From an uncultured Acidobacteriota bacterium (GTDB taxonomy: Bacteria; Acidobacteriota; JAQAZP01), in the NCBI GenBank assembly GCA_963836075.1, contig CAWIIB010000001.1, positions 1,984,001 through 2,048,000 on the forward strand: a stretch of 64,000 bases of DNA, read 5' to 3'. Every line of letters begins with the position of its first letter. Within the stretch, counting starts at the first letter, position 1. The notes beneath the pieces are model-generated. The model made no database searches. It was not told the origin of the DNA and saw nothing but the letters and a program-made list of their open reading frames with translations. Shown one piece after another: positions 42,150 to 52,897 of the stretch. Both the position numbers and the translations under genes were made by a program.

Positions 42150-43769
42150 ATGCATTCAGGCATCCCGCGCGGTTCGTCGTCCCTGTTCCTTATGGGCCTC
42201 CTGTTCCTGTCCGGCTGCGGCGGACCGCTGAGCGAAACGCCGCCGGCGGAACAGGCAGAACTCCAGCTGGAGCAACTGGACATCGAAGCGCTGCAATCGC
42301 TGATGGACGAGGGGCAGCTCACCGCCGAGGAGCTGACCCGCCACTGTCTGGACCGTATCGCCGAGCTGGATGATTCCGGACCGCGGCTCAATGCCATCAT
42401 CGAGATCAATCCCGCGGCGCTGGAGATCGCCGCAGCCCTGGACGGGGAGCGCCGGCAGATCGGGCCCCGCGGGCCGCTGCACGGCATACCGGTGGTGCTC
42501 AAGGCGAACATCGACACCGGCGACCGGATGACCACCACTGCCGGCTCCCTGGCCCTGGCCGGCCACCAGGCCGGGCAGGATGCCTTTCTGGTGGCCCGGC
42601 TGCGCGAGGCCGGCGCCGTGATCCTGGCCAAGGCCAATCTCAGCGAGTGGGCCAACTTCCGCTCCGAGCACTCCACCAGCGGCTGGAGCAGCCAGGGCGG
42701 CCAGACCCGCAACCCCCACGTGCTCGACCGCTCGCCCTGCGGATCGTCCAGCGGTTCGGCGGTGGCGGTGGCTGCCGGCCTGGCGCCGCTGGCCGTGGGC
42801 ACCGAAACCGACGGCTCCGTAGTCTGCCCCGCGGGCACCAGCGGCATCGTGGGGATCAAGCCCACCCTGGGCCTGGTCAGCCGCGACGGCATCGTCCCCA
42901 TCGCCCACAGCCAGGACACCGCCGGCCCCATGGCCCGCTCGGTGCAGGACGCGGCACTGCTGCTGGCGGCCATGGCGGTAAAGGACCCGGATGACCCGGC
43001 CGCCGGGGATATCCCCGACCCGCTGCCCGACTACAGTACCGTCATCGATACCGGCGATATCCGCGGCCTGCGGGTGGGCGTGATGCGCGACTACTACGGC
43101 GCCGGCAACAACAGCGCCGTGGAAAAAATCTTCGCGGCGGCCATCGCGACCTTCAAGGAGCTGGGGGCCGAAGTGGTGGACCCGGCAGACCTCGGCGACC
43201 GGGAAGGGCTGGACACCGCCGAATACACGGTGCTGCTCTACGAGTTCCAGGCCGACCTGGCCGGCTACCTCGCCGCCCACGGCTCGCCCAACGGCATGGG
43301 CACCCTGCAGGACCTGATCGCGTTCAACAACGAGAACAGCGGGAAGGTCATGCCCTGGTTCGGCCAGGAGATCTTCGTCAAGGCCGCGGAGAAAGGACCG
43401 CTCACCGACGGGGAGTATCTCGACGCCCTGGGCAAGAGCAAGCGGCTGGCCAGGGAGGCCATCGACCGGGCGCTGGAAAAGGACGACCTCGACCTGATCA
43501 TCGCCCCCACCAACGGCCCGGCCTGGGTGGTGGACCTGGTGAACGGCGACAACTTCGGCACCTCGGTCTCCAGCTCCACTCTGCCGGCCGTGTCGGGGTA
43601 TCCCAATGTCACCCTGCCCATGGGAGCCGTTCGCGGCCTGCCCATCGGCCTCTCGCTCTTCGGCACGGCGCACAGCGAGCCGGTGCTGCTCCGCGCGGCT
43701 TTCGCTTTCGAGCAGGCGGCCCAGCCCGGGAGAGTTCCCAAGTTCGTCCCGACGATTCCTGTGGTGTAA
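42150..43769 (+). CDS. Amidase-signature family amidase, predicted lipoprotein
   Basis: Lipobox LSGC; PLHGIPVVLK, GSSSGS, GTETDGS. Confidence 0.92.
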   Translation: MHSGIPRGSSSLFLMGLLFLSGCGGPLSETPPAEQAELQLEQLDIEALQSLMDEGQLTAEELTRHCLDRIAELDDSGPRLNAIIEINPAALEIAAALDGERRQIGPRGPLHGIPVVLKANIDTGDRMTTTAGSLALAGHQAGQDAFLVARLREAGAVILAKANLSEWANFRSEHSTSGWSSQGGQTRNPHVLDRSPCGSSSGSAVAVAAGLAPLAVGTETDGSVVCPAGTSGIVGIKPTLGLVSRDGIVPIAHSQDTAGPMARSVQDAALLLAAMAVKDPDDPAAGDIPDPLPDYSTVIDTGDIRGLRVGVMRDYYGAGNNSAVEKIFAAAIATFKELGAEVVDPADLGDREGLDTAEYTVLLYEFQADLAGYLAAHGSPNGMGTLQDLIAFNNENSGKVMPWFGQEIFVKAAEKGPLTDGEYLDALGKSKRLAREAIDRALEKDDLDLIIAPTNGPAWVVDLVNGDNFGTSVSSSTLPAVSGYPNVTLPMGAVRGLPIGLSLFGTAHSEPVLLRAAFAFEQAAQPGRVPKFVPTIPVV

Positions 43770-43807
43770 ACCTGGAGCGCCAGCAGGTCAGAAGCTCAGT
43801 CGAGGCT

Positions 43808-46800
43808 CTACTCACCGTAGACGCTGATGGGGAAACCGTCCTGCACCAGGGGGGTGCCCCAGATGGAGGGGGCCAGACGGATCACCAGGCGGTGGCGGTC
43901 CCAGCCGTGGGTCATGGGGATGAACCAGTCCACCGACCCGCGGACCGTCTCCCCCGGGGCGAGGGTCAGCGGCCATGGCTCCACCACCCAGCTCACCGGC
44001 CCGCCCTGGTACGGCTCCTGGAGCAGCACCACCATCGCCCAGCCGCTGACGCTGCCGCTGCCGTGGTTGGCCAGTACCCAGTCGGAGGTGATCGAGTCCA
44101 CCCCCCGGGCCAGGACCATCTTGCAGGTGGGCTCGAGATTGGCCGCCAGCCCCGCCACCGGCTGAACCATCACGTCATCCACGAACCAGCCGCGGTTGTC
44201 GTTGGGGAAATCGGCCTTGTAGTGGTCACTGCCAAAACGGAAGCGAACCCGGGCCACCCCCTGGCGCTGGTCAAGGTAGAAGGACTGGTAGCGGTTGTCG
44301 ATGAGGCCGGAGAAACAGCGGGTGTCGGTGGGAAAGGCCACCGGAACCCAGAAGGGGAACATGGTCATCTCGAAGCCGCCCTGGGGATGGAGCTCTTCCC
44401 ACCCGCCATCGTCCACGTTGATCTCCACGATGCCGCCGTCAAGAGCGGTGTACTCATAGGTCTCCATGAACTCGGCGTCCATGGCCTGCCAGAAGGTGAG
44501 CATGGAGCCGGCCTGGAGGCCGAAGGGCGGAGAGGTCAGGGCCGCGTCCATCCGGTCGCTGTAAGCTTCCCAGACGGCTGGCGGCCCGCACTTCCAGGCC
44601 TGGCCGGTCCCGCCGGCGGCGTACTGCGAACTGAGGTTCCAGTCGTCAGCGGTCCACTTCACCGGACCGTGGGTCCAGCCCGGTCCCCCGTCCTCCATGT
44701 CCTCGGCCAGCCCCAGACCCACCACGTCAAGAACCAGGGCGCCCCGGGCTCGGAAGGCCCAGTCGGCCTCGAAGCCCAGGTCCAGCTGGGGATGATAGGG
44801 CGAGGGAGCCCCGGCGGAGACCTGGACCAGCACCGGCGACCCGGCCGCGGCGCTCTCCCCCGGAGCCAGATCGCCGAACGTCGTGGTGGACTGCAGAACC
44901 TCCACCAGCGGGTCCTGGCTCACCACCCGCGCCAGCAGCCCCCCCACGGCCCGCGAACCGTGGTTGGCGACGATGAGGGTGAGCTCCGCCGTCTCACCCG
45001 GCTCGAGGATCCCGTTGCCCGCTTCGGTTGTGGCCCCGCCGATATCCGCCAGCTGGAAGTCCTGGCAGATGATCAGCGGCGCCGAGAGCGGCAGCAGGAA
45101 GGACGAAACCCACTCCCGCCCCAGGCCGTCGGTGACGGTCAGGGTAAGGGGAGCGGCAAAACCGTCGGGAGCGCCACCGTGAATGGTGGCCACGAATGGT
45201 GACTGCGGCGTGGCGGTCTGCCCCGGATCCAGCCGGCCATAGTCGGCCTGGCCCGAGGTAACCGTGACCCTGGGGTCATCGCTGGACAGGACGGCAGCCA
45301 CCCCGTCCGCCGGCTGCAGCCCGAAATTCCTGAGCTGGACCGGGAGCTCCACCGTCTCACCGCTGCCGGCCACGCCGTCCCCGTCGCCGTTGCTCGCCCC
45401 GGAGGTATCGTCATCCACCTGGTGGTCGAGATAGCCGACCCAGGCAGCCAGGGAGCGGGGTGTGATCGAGCCCTGGAACGGCAGGCAATCGTGGCCGGTG
45501 ACGCTGACCTGCAGCGGATCCACCGAGGAGAGGCTCACCGGCAGCCAGACCCGGCCGTCGTCGTTGGTGTCGCCCCGGGCATAGGCCCCGCCGTCCCTCT
45601 CCTGGAAGAGGCAGACCCGCGCCCCGGACACCGGAAGGCCGTCGCGCAGGACGCGGAGCGGCACGGTGATGCCGCCCATCCCCACTTCGGCCGGGTGCAG
45701 CACCTGGAGCGGGCGCGGTGTGGCGGTCCAGACCTTCATCTCCGGGTCGCCCAGAAGATTCAGCGTGTAGTAACAGTAGCGGAAGAAGCTGCTGCCCACC
45801 GACCAGATGTTGTCGATCTTGCTGTCGTCCGCGGCCTCGCCGAGGCTGGCGATTCCCTCGCCAAAGAGGGCGTCGAAGAACTCGCGGTCAAAATACTGCG
45901 AGGGGCCGTTGGTGTCGATGTAACTGCCCCAGCCGTTGCGGCTGTTCATCACGCAGGCCACCGCGCCGGTGGCGATGGTGGTCAACTCTTCGCCCACCGC
46001 GTCCTCTTCGAGGTAGTGGAACTCCCAGTCCCGGTCGTCGAAGGCCCCGCTGTAGCAGCCCTGGGAGTAAATGATGCTCAGCCCGTTCTCCACTCCGTCG
46101 TTCTGCAGGTTCTCCTCGTTGATCATGAAGTCGGTGAGCTTCATCACCACGAAGTTGTCGGCGTGGCCGGCGTGGTTGATCAGGTTGGGTCCGCGATTGA
46201 GCAACGGCAACAGATTGGCTTCCGCGTCCCAGACCCCCTCAACGTCGTAGAGCGTACCCACCAGAAACTCCGGCGGGAACCCGGCGGTGCTGACGCCCCA
46301 GTTGTCCGAGCCGAGGCGGATCTCCTCCTTGTAGGCCTTGGCCTTCACATCCCACCAGGTCTCCTCGCCGAGCATCAGCCCGGTCTCGCAGTCGGCGAGC
46401 ACCGGCGACTCCAGGTAGCGAACGACCTTGGTGATGAAGTTCCGTGCCTCGGCCACGCTGTCCACCGACGCACGGCCCACGTGGACCTCGGGCAGGAAGT
46501 CGGCCTCGGCCAGCTCGCCCCAGTAGACGTCGTTGTCGTCGTTCCAGGTGCCGTCCAGGGCGCCATAGTAGAGGTCGGCCGGACAGTCGAGATCGATGTA
46601 GAAGATCTCGTCGGCCATGAACCCGCGGTGCGGCACCACCTCGTCGTCACCGCCCAGCAGCACGTAGCGGGTGCCCCACTCCTCGTAAGCCATGGTGATG
46701 AAGTCGCGAATCTTCTGCTGGTCCGGGCCCTCGGTGAACTGGGCGTAAATCTGGGGCAGGGTGACCATCCGGCAGCGGACGCCGCGGCGGGTCTTCCAGG

Positions 46801-47539
46801 TGGCGAACTCCTGAAACGGTTCGGCCAGCGCCTGGCTGGTGATGACGACCTGGTCCCAGCCCCGGGAGGAGCGGTGGCTGCTGTCGCCGAGGTCGAGATA
46901 GGCTTCCACCGCCCCGGGGTTGGCCGCCATCCCGCGGACGCGATTCACCGTCTCGTCATCCAGGGAGAGGAATCGAGGCCGTGATGCGGGATCAACGGCC
47001 CGGCGGGTGGTGAGCACCACCCTGAGTTTCGAGTGGTGGAAGAGCCGGCCGCTGGACGGGCGGTAGCGCACCGGGTGGAGCAGCACGGTGACCAGGCCGA
47101 AGCCCCGGTAGCGGGATGCCACTGTCTGGCCGTGCAGCGATGCCGGAAAGAGGGCGTCACTGGTGTAAATCCGGGGATCGGGCAGGGTATCCTCGACCTC
47201 CGGCGCGGACAGCTTGTGCGGCCGCCGGGCGTGGGCCACCGTCCAGGCACCTTCAAGGGGCGTGGCTTCGGCCGCCTCCACCCGGAATTCCAGCAGTTCT
47301 TCACCGGGCGGCAGGAGCAGGGTCAGCGGCAGCACCGGCAGCAGCGGCGCCCCGGGTTCGGCCAGCAGACGCAGGCCGTCCGCCTCCACCCGAACCGTTC
47401 CGTCTCCGACCTCCGCCAGCCTGGGCGGAGCCGGCTGAAGGTCCACTTCCAGGGTGACCGCCCCGACCGGCAAAGCGGCGAGCAGAAGGATCACCGGAAG
47501 GAACAGGCGGGCCGCAGATTGCACAGGATCGGATCGCAT
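43808..47539 (-). CDS. Secreted C25 (gingipain-like) cysteine peptidase with propeptide and Ig/adhesin-like domains
   Basis: Propeptide PGAPLLP, YVLLGGD, DLYYGALDG, VGRAS, catalytic HAGH and SQGC, NLLGDP; two GETxELxxxxxN Ig units; RFRFGSD..GWFVDDV domain. Confidence 0.88.
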   Translation of the reverse strand: MRSDPVQSAARLFLPVILLLAALPVGAVTLEVDLQPAPPRLAEVGDGTVRVEADGLRLLAEPGAPLLPVLPLTLLLPPGEELLEFRVEAAEATPLEGAWTVAHARRPHKLSAPEVEDTLPDPRIYTSDALFPASLHGQTVASRYRGFGLVTVLLHPVRYRPSSGRLFHHSKLRVVLTTRRAVDPASRPRFLSLDDETVNRVRGMAANPGAVEAYLDLGDSSHRSSRGWDQVVITSQALAEPFQEFATWKTRRGVRCRMVTLPQIYAQFTEGPDQQKIRDFITMAYEEWGTRYVLLGGDDEVVPHRGFMADEIFYIDLDCPADLYYGALDGTWNDDNDVYWGELAEADFLPEVHVGRASVDSVAEARNFITKVVRYLESPVLADCETGLMLGEETWWDVKAKAYKEEIRLGSDNWGVSTAGFPPEFLVGTLYDVEGVWDAEANLLPLLNRGPNLINHAGHADNFVVMKLTDFMINEENLQNDGVENGLSIIYSQGCYSGAFDDRDWEFHYLEEDAVGEELTTIATGAVACVMNSRNGWGSYIDTNGPSQYFDREFFDALFGEGIASLGEAADDSKIDNIWSVGSSFFRYCYYTLNLLGDPEMKVWTATPRPLQVLHPAEVGMGGITVPLRVLRDGLPVSGARVCLFQERDGGAYARGDTNDDGRVWLPVSLSSVDPLQVSVTGHDCLPFQGSITPRSLAAWVGYLDHQVDDDTSGASNGDGDGVAGSGETVELPVQLRNFGLQPADGVAAVLSSDDPRVTVTSGQADYGRLDPGQTATPQSPFVATIHGGAPDGFAAPLTLTVTDGLGREWVSSFLLPLSAPLIICQDFQLADIGGATTEAGNGILEPGETAELTLIVANHGSRAVGGLLARVVSQDPLVEVLQSTTTFGDLAPGESAAAGSPVLVQVSAGAPSPYHPQLDLGFEADWAFRARGALVLDVVGLGLAEDMEDGGPGWTHGPVKWTADDWNLSSQYAAGGTGQAWKCGPPAVWEAYSDRMDAALTSPPFGLQAGSMLTFWQAMDAEFMETYEYTALDGGIVEINVDDGGWEELHPQGGFEMTMFPFWVPVAFPTDTRCFSGLIDNRYQSFYLDQRQGVARVRFRFGSDHYKADFPNDNRGWFVDDVMVQPVAGLAANLEPTCKMVLARGVDSITSDWVLANHGSGSVSGWAMVVLLQEPYQGGPVSWVVEPWPLTLAPGETVRGSVDWFIPMTHGWDRHRLVIRLAPSIWGTPLVQDGFPISVYGE

Positions 47540-47596
47540 ACAACAAATGTAGAGCGTGGGGACGAAAATAACAAGCAGTTTTCCGAAAAGCCGTCC

Positions 47597-47625
47597 TTGC
47601 CAGATCTCCGGGGCGAACGTATGAT
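47597..47625 (+). promoter_or_regulatory. Sigma70-type promoter
   Basis: TTGCCA-17 nt-TATGAT. Confidence 0.6.
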
Positions 47626-47687
47626 GAAATCAGGCAACAAACGTCCCCGGCGGCCGCACCGGCCCGCTGAGTTCAGACAGGCGATTG

Positions 47688-49806
47688 ATGTATCGTTCAG
47701 TAATCCTCCTCATCGCGGCGCTGCTGGCGCCGGCGGCCCTCCCGGCGGCCACCATCGTGGTGGACGGATCCGGGGGCGGCGACGTTCTGACCATCCAGGC
47801 CGGGATTGACGGTGCCGCGGACGGCGACCAGGTTCTGGTGCGTCCCGGCGTCTACAGCGGCCCGGGGAACATCGGTCTCGACTACAGCGGCAAGGCCATC
47901 ACCGTGGAGTCGCAGACCGGTGCGGCCGCCACGGTGATCGACTGCGACGGCGAGGACCGGGCGGTCCACTTTCACTCCGGCGAGGGACGTGATTCGGTCT
48001 TCCGCGGGTTCACCGTCACCGGCGGCTCGGCCATGTTCGGGGGGGCGATCTTCTGTCAGAACGCCTCACCCACGGTGGCCGACTGTCAACTGACCGGCTG
48101 TTACGCGCTCAACGCCGGCGGGGCGGTCTGCTGCACCCGCTCGTCGGGAGTGTTCGAGCGGCTGACCATCAGCGACTGCAGCACCAGCCCCTTTGGTGAC
48201 GGCGGAGGAATGGCCCTCGACGATTCGGACCCGGAGCTGATCGAGGTGGTGATCCAGGGCAGCACCGCCTTTCACGGTGGCGGAGGGCTCTACTGCTCGG
48301 CCTCCTCCCCGGCGGTCCAGGCCTGCATGATCACCGGCAACACGGCGCACAACAATGGCGGCGGCATCCACCTCACCGACGGATCCTCGCCAACGATCCA
48401 GGACTGCACCATCTCCGACAACCGTTCCGACGATGACGGCGGCGGCATCTACTGCCACAACGAATCCTCCCCCAGGGTTCTTGACTGCCGGATCGGCGAG
48501 AACCCGGCCGGCCGCTATGGCGGCGGCATCTACTGTGACCAGGGCTCGGCCCCGCTGATCCGCGGCAACACGATCACCGGCAACACGGCCTATGGCGGCG
48601 GCGGCGTCTATTGCTACACCCTTTCCGCGCCCCGGGTGGTGAACAACCTGATCCGCGGCAACGAGACCGAACAGGGCGGCGGGGGGATCGCCTGCTTCCG
48701 CGCCGACCGGGCGCTGATCACCGGAAACCGGGTCGAGGAGAACGTCGCTTCCGATGCCGGCGGGATCGGCATCGACTTCTGTTCGCCAACGGTGACCGAC
48801 AACCTGATCCGGGGCAACATGGCGGAGTGGAGCGCGGCCGGGCTGCTGATCATGCGCGAGTCGGCGGCCGTGGTGATCAACAACCTGATCGTAGAGAATC
48901 AGGCCGGCTACAGCGGCGCCGGCCTCTACGTCACCCGTCAATCCACCCCCACGCTGGTCAATCTCACCGTGGCCAACAACGTGGCGGAGGAGGAGGGTGG
49001 CGGTTGCTACTTCTCGCAGGGTGCCGGCATCCCCGTGCCCATGGAGAACTGCATCATCTACGGCAACCGCGCAATGGAAGGCGGGGACCAGGTCTACGTG
49101 TCGGGTACTGGCTGGGCCCTGTTCAGCCACACCGACCTGCAGGGCGGCCAGCCTGGAATCGGCGGGAACGGCAACGTTACCTGGGGCGCCGGGAACATCG
49201 ACGACGACCCGCGGTGGGCGGCCCTCAGCGGTGAATACTACCTCTCCCAACTGGCCACCGGCCACCCGGCGGACAGTCCTTGCACCGACAGCGGTTCAGG
49301 CCCGGCCGACGAGGTCTGTTTCATCGGATACGGCGGCCCGGACTGCCTCGATGCCCGGACTTCACGCGTGGACGGAATCGCCGACAGCGGCACCGCTGAC
49401 ATGGGCTTTCACTACAAATCCCGGATCAGAACCATCGACTGCTCTCTCAGCTGCAGTCCGCAGACGGCCACGGCGCCATTTTCATGGCAGATTGCCGTGG
49501 GGCTGAAAAACCTCAGGCCACGCCCGCGGCGGGCTGCCGGCCGGGCCGACCTGCATTTCCCCGACGGCAGTTCATGGAGCGACTGGCGCAGCGGCTACTA
49601 CAACCTGTCGGGAAACAGCAGCCAGTACATCAGCTGGAGCGTCAACGTACCCGGCCCTCCGTTCGGTCCTCGGCCAGCTGCGTCTGGACCTCACCGTGAT
49701 CGACGTCACTCCCCCACCCTGGAACCAGCCGCCCTACGCCCCCTCCGGCGACCTGGTGGAAGAAAGCTGCGCGTCAGAAGTGGCGATGCCGGGCGTATCC
49801 TTCTGA
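47688..49806 (+). CDS. Secreted right-handed parallel beta-helix protein with C-terminal NQPPY domain; +1 frameshift at ~49651
   Basis: TIQAGID...PGVY, tandem GGG(I/L/V)xC..S.P..I..N repeats; corrected frame reads WNQPPYAPSGD and stops at 49806. Confidence 0.85.
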
Positions 49807-50002
49807 AACATCAATTGAAGTGTAAGAATTAATGGCGGCTTCCTTGCCAATACCCACGGTTTTAGTGTATTTTCGAGCTGTATAGCTTCTATTGCCGGTC
49901 TGAAACCCTGCCAGGGTTGCTTGCCTTGCCTGCCAAACCGGTTGCGGCTTGTCTGTCAAGGACGGACGAGGGCGCCGGCGCTGTCATCTGGAGGAATTAT
50001 CA

Positions 50003-52851
50003 ATGAGTAGAAGTGCGCGCTTGTGGTCCATCCGCCTCATCTGCGCGGCTGCCACGCTGTGCATCATGATGCCGGCAACCGCTGAAACCACCGGTTCCGT
50101 CACCTGCCGCATCGAGGCCGGTGAGTACCGCCTCACCGAGGCCGGCCAAGGCGTCGAGCTGAACCTCGAGGGGTTCGGAGTGGTGGGCACCCACGGTGGC
50201 CCCCGTCTCCCGGGCAGGATCTTTGCCATCGCCCTGCCGCCCGGGGCCGAGGTCAGCGGCGTGAGCTTCCGGGGCAAGGCCGAAGCCATTCCCGGCACCT
50301 TCCGCATCGCACCGGCCGAACCACACCGGCTGATCGGTGAAGAGAACCCGGAGTTCCGCAAGCAGCAGCTGGCTGAGTGGACGGCCACCCGGGACGGCAT
50401 CTACTCCAGTGACCAGGGCTGGCCGGCCAGCCCGGTGGAATTCATCCGCCGTGCCGGACTGCGCAAGTACAACCTGGCCGACGTCCGCGTGGCGCCCTTC
50501 CGCTACCACCCCCTCTCGGGACAGCTTTACCACTACCCGGTGCTGGAGGTGATGGTGAACTACACCCTCGGCGACGACAGCAGCCGGATGGCTATCTCGG
50601 ACAGCGTCCCGCAGATGGAGCGGACGGCGAGGGACGTGATTCTCAACTACGAGCAGGCCCAGGCCTGGTATCCCGAGACCACCGCACCCGGAACCATGAA
50701 GGACTTCGTGCTCATCACCACCGAGGCGCTCTCCCCCTACGTCACCGCGCTGGTCAGCCACGAAGCGTCCAAGGGACGGACCCCGGAAGTGGTGACCGTG
50801 GAGTGGATCTACGCCAACTACAGCGGTTACGACGACGCGGAAAAGGTCCGCAACTTCCTGCGCGACAAATACCCCTCCTCCCAGTGGGGCATCCGTGATG
50901 TGCTGCTGGTGGGCCACCACGACCAGGTGCCGATGCGCCTGGCCTGGCAGGAAGTCTAGCGGCTACGGCAATCCGCGCACCGACTTCTACTATGCCGAGC
51001 TGTCCGAGGCCGACGCCGACTCCTGGGATGCCGACGGCGACCACCGCTGGGGCGAGGACTACGGCGACACCGTGGACTTCTACAACGAGGTCAACGTGGG
51101 CCGCATCCCCTGGAGCGACCCGGCCACGGTCTCCAGCATCTGCGCCAAGTCGGTGGCCTTCGAGCTGAACAGCGACCCGGCGTTCAAGAAGAACATCCTG
51201 CTCATCGGGTCCTTCTTCTGGGAGGACACCGACACCGCCGTGCTGATGGAAGCCAAGTGCTGGACCAGCCCTGGATGGCCGACTGGACCTCGGTGCGGAT
51301 GTACGAGCAGAACAGCACCGTCTACTCCGACTATCCCCTGCGACTTCCCGATGAACCACGCCAACGTGATGGACAGCTGGTCCAACGGCACCTTCTGCTT
51401 CGTCAACTGGGCCGGCCACGGTTCGCCCTGGTCGAGCCACATCATGGGCCACGGCTCCCAGGCCTATATCGAGACCAGCGACTGCCCGCCAGCTCAACGA
51501 CGACTACCCGTCCATCGTCTGGGCCGACTCCTGCTCCAACAGCGACACCGACGAGGCGAATCTCGGCCGGGAGATGCTGAAGCAGCGGGGCGGTGGGCTT
51601 TGTGGGCGCCACCAAGGTGGCCCTGGGCGCCTGGGAGCTGGAGCGATCCCTACGACGGCTCGAGCCAGTCCTGCGACTACTGGTTCACCACCAAGGTCAC
51701 CTCGGGCGAGATGACCCAGGGCGAGGCGCACCAGTACTCCCTGCGCCAGAATTACACCAACGGGCTGTGGGACGTCACCGAGTACGAGATGCTTCGAGTG
51801 GACCCTCTGGGGCAACCCCGACCTGGGGTTGGGTGAAGTCACGGCAACGGCCGGCAACCTGGTCACCGGCGCCGGACCCGGCGAGAACAATCCCACCGAG
51901 GTGCGGGTCTTTGACAGCGCCGACGTGGCCGCCGGCCCCACCGCCGTTTTCAACGCCTACGGGGTGAACAAGTTCGGGACCAACGTGGCGCTGGGTGACA
52001 TCGACGGCGACGGGGTGGACGAGATCGTCACCGGCCCCGGCCCGGGAGCGGTGTTCGGCCCCCACGTGCGCGCTTTTGAGCTGAACGGCACACCGATCCA
52101 GGACGTGAGCTTCCAGGCCTACGGCACCCTGAAATACGGGGTGAACGTGGCCTGCGGCGACATCGACGGTGACGGCATCGACGAGATCGTCACCGGCGCC
52201 GGACCCGGCGCGGTGTTCGGGCCCCACGTCCGCGGCTGGAACTATGACGGCACCACGGTGACCGCGATGACCGGGGTGAGCTTCTTCGCCTACGGCACAC
52301 CCAAGTGGGGTGTCAACGTGGCCTGCGCCGACCTCGATGCCGACGGCACCGACGAGATCATCACCGGCGCCGGACCCGGTCCGATCTACGGGGCCCACGT
52401 CCGCAGCTGGAACGTGGGCGGGACCGCATCCCCGACCTCCGGGGCCAGTTTCTTCGCCTTCGGCACCCGGCTCTGGGGAGTCAACGTCGCCGGCGGGGAC
52501 ATCGACGGTGACGGCAAAGCCGAAATCATCGCCGGCGCCGGACCCGGTCCGGTGATGGGCACCCACATCAGGGCCTTCGGCGTCCAGGGAACCACGGCCA
52601 GCGCCATCCCCGGGGTCAGTTTCTTCGCCTACGGTGATGCGGGCTTCGGGGCACGGGTGGGCTGCGGCGACCTTGACGGTGACGGCATCTGTGAGATCAT
52701 CAGCGGTGAGGGTCCCGACCCGGACACCGGCAGCTGCATCCGCGGCTGGAACTACGACGGCGGCACCCTGGTCCATATACCGGGTATCGACTTCGACGCC
52801 TATGGCGCCGGTGTGACCCACGGAGCCAACGCGGCGGCGTCCAGGCCCTGA
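50003..52851 (+). pseudogene. C25 peptidase (propeptide + catalytic) fused to GPGPG/FG-GAP propeller; ~7 frameshifts in 50955-51795
   Basis: GGAGG RBS, signal peptide, VLLVG, TDFYY, VGRIP, WAGHG, ADSC, LWGNP recovered across frames, continuing into the repeat ORF 51829-52851. Confidence 0.8.
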
Positions 52852-52897
52852 TCCGGCTAACGGCACGCTGGACCGCGGCCCGCTGCAACCGAGGACG

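Noticed and set aside
34503-43769. Run of short co-oriented unrelated genes suggesting an integron cassette array
   Set aside because: No attC-like RYYYAAC/GTTRRRY palindromes, several genes overlap, no integrase
49833-49847. Sigma54-like TGGC-N7-TTGC upstream of the C25 gene
   Set aside because: Spacing fits but the match is short and imperfect; no supporting activator evidence
50957-50959. TAG readthrough (pyrrolysine), or TGA recoding at 16496-16498
   Set aside because: Homologous sequence continues in a different frame, so these are indels rather than recoding
51850-52851. Periodic DNA repeats that could be taken for CRISPR or DGR repeats
   Set aside because: In-frame ~55-codon protein repeats with synonymous variation; no cas or reverse transcriptase gene
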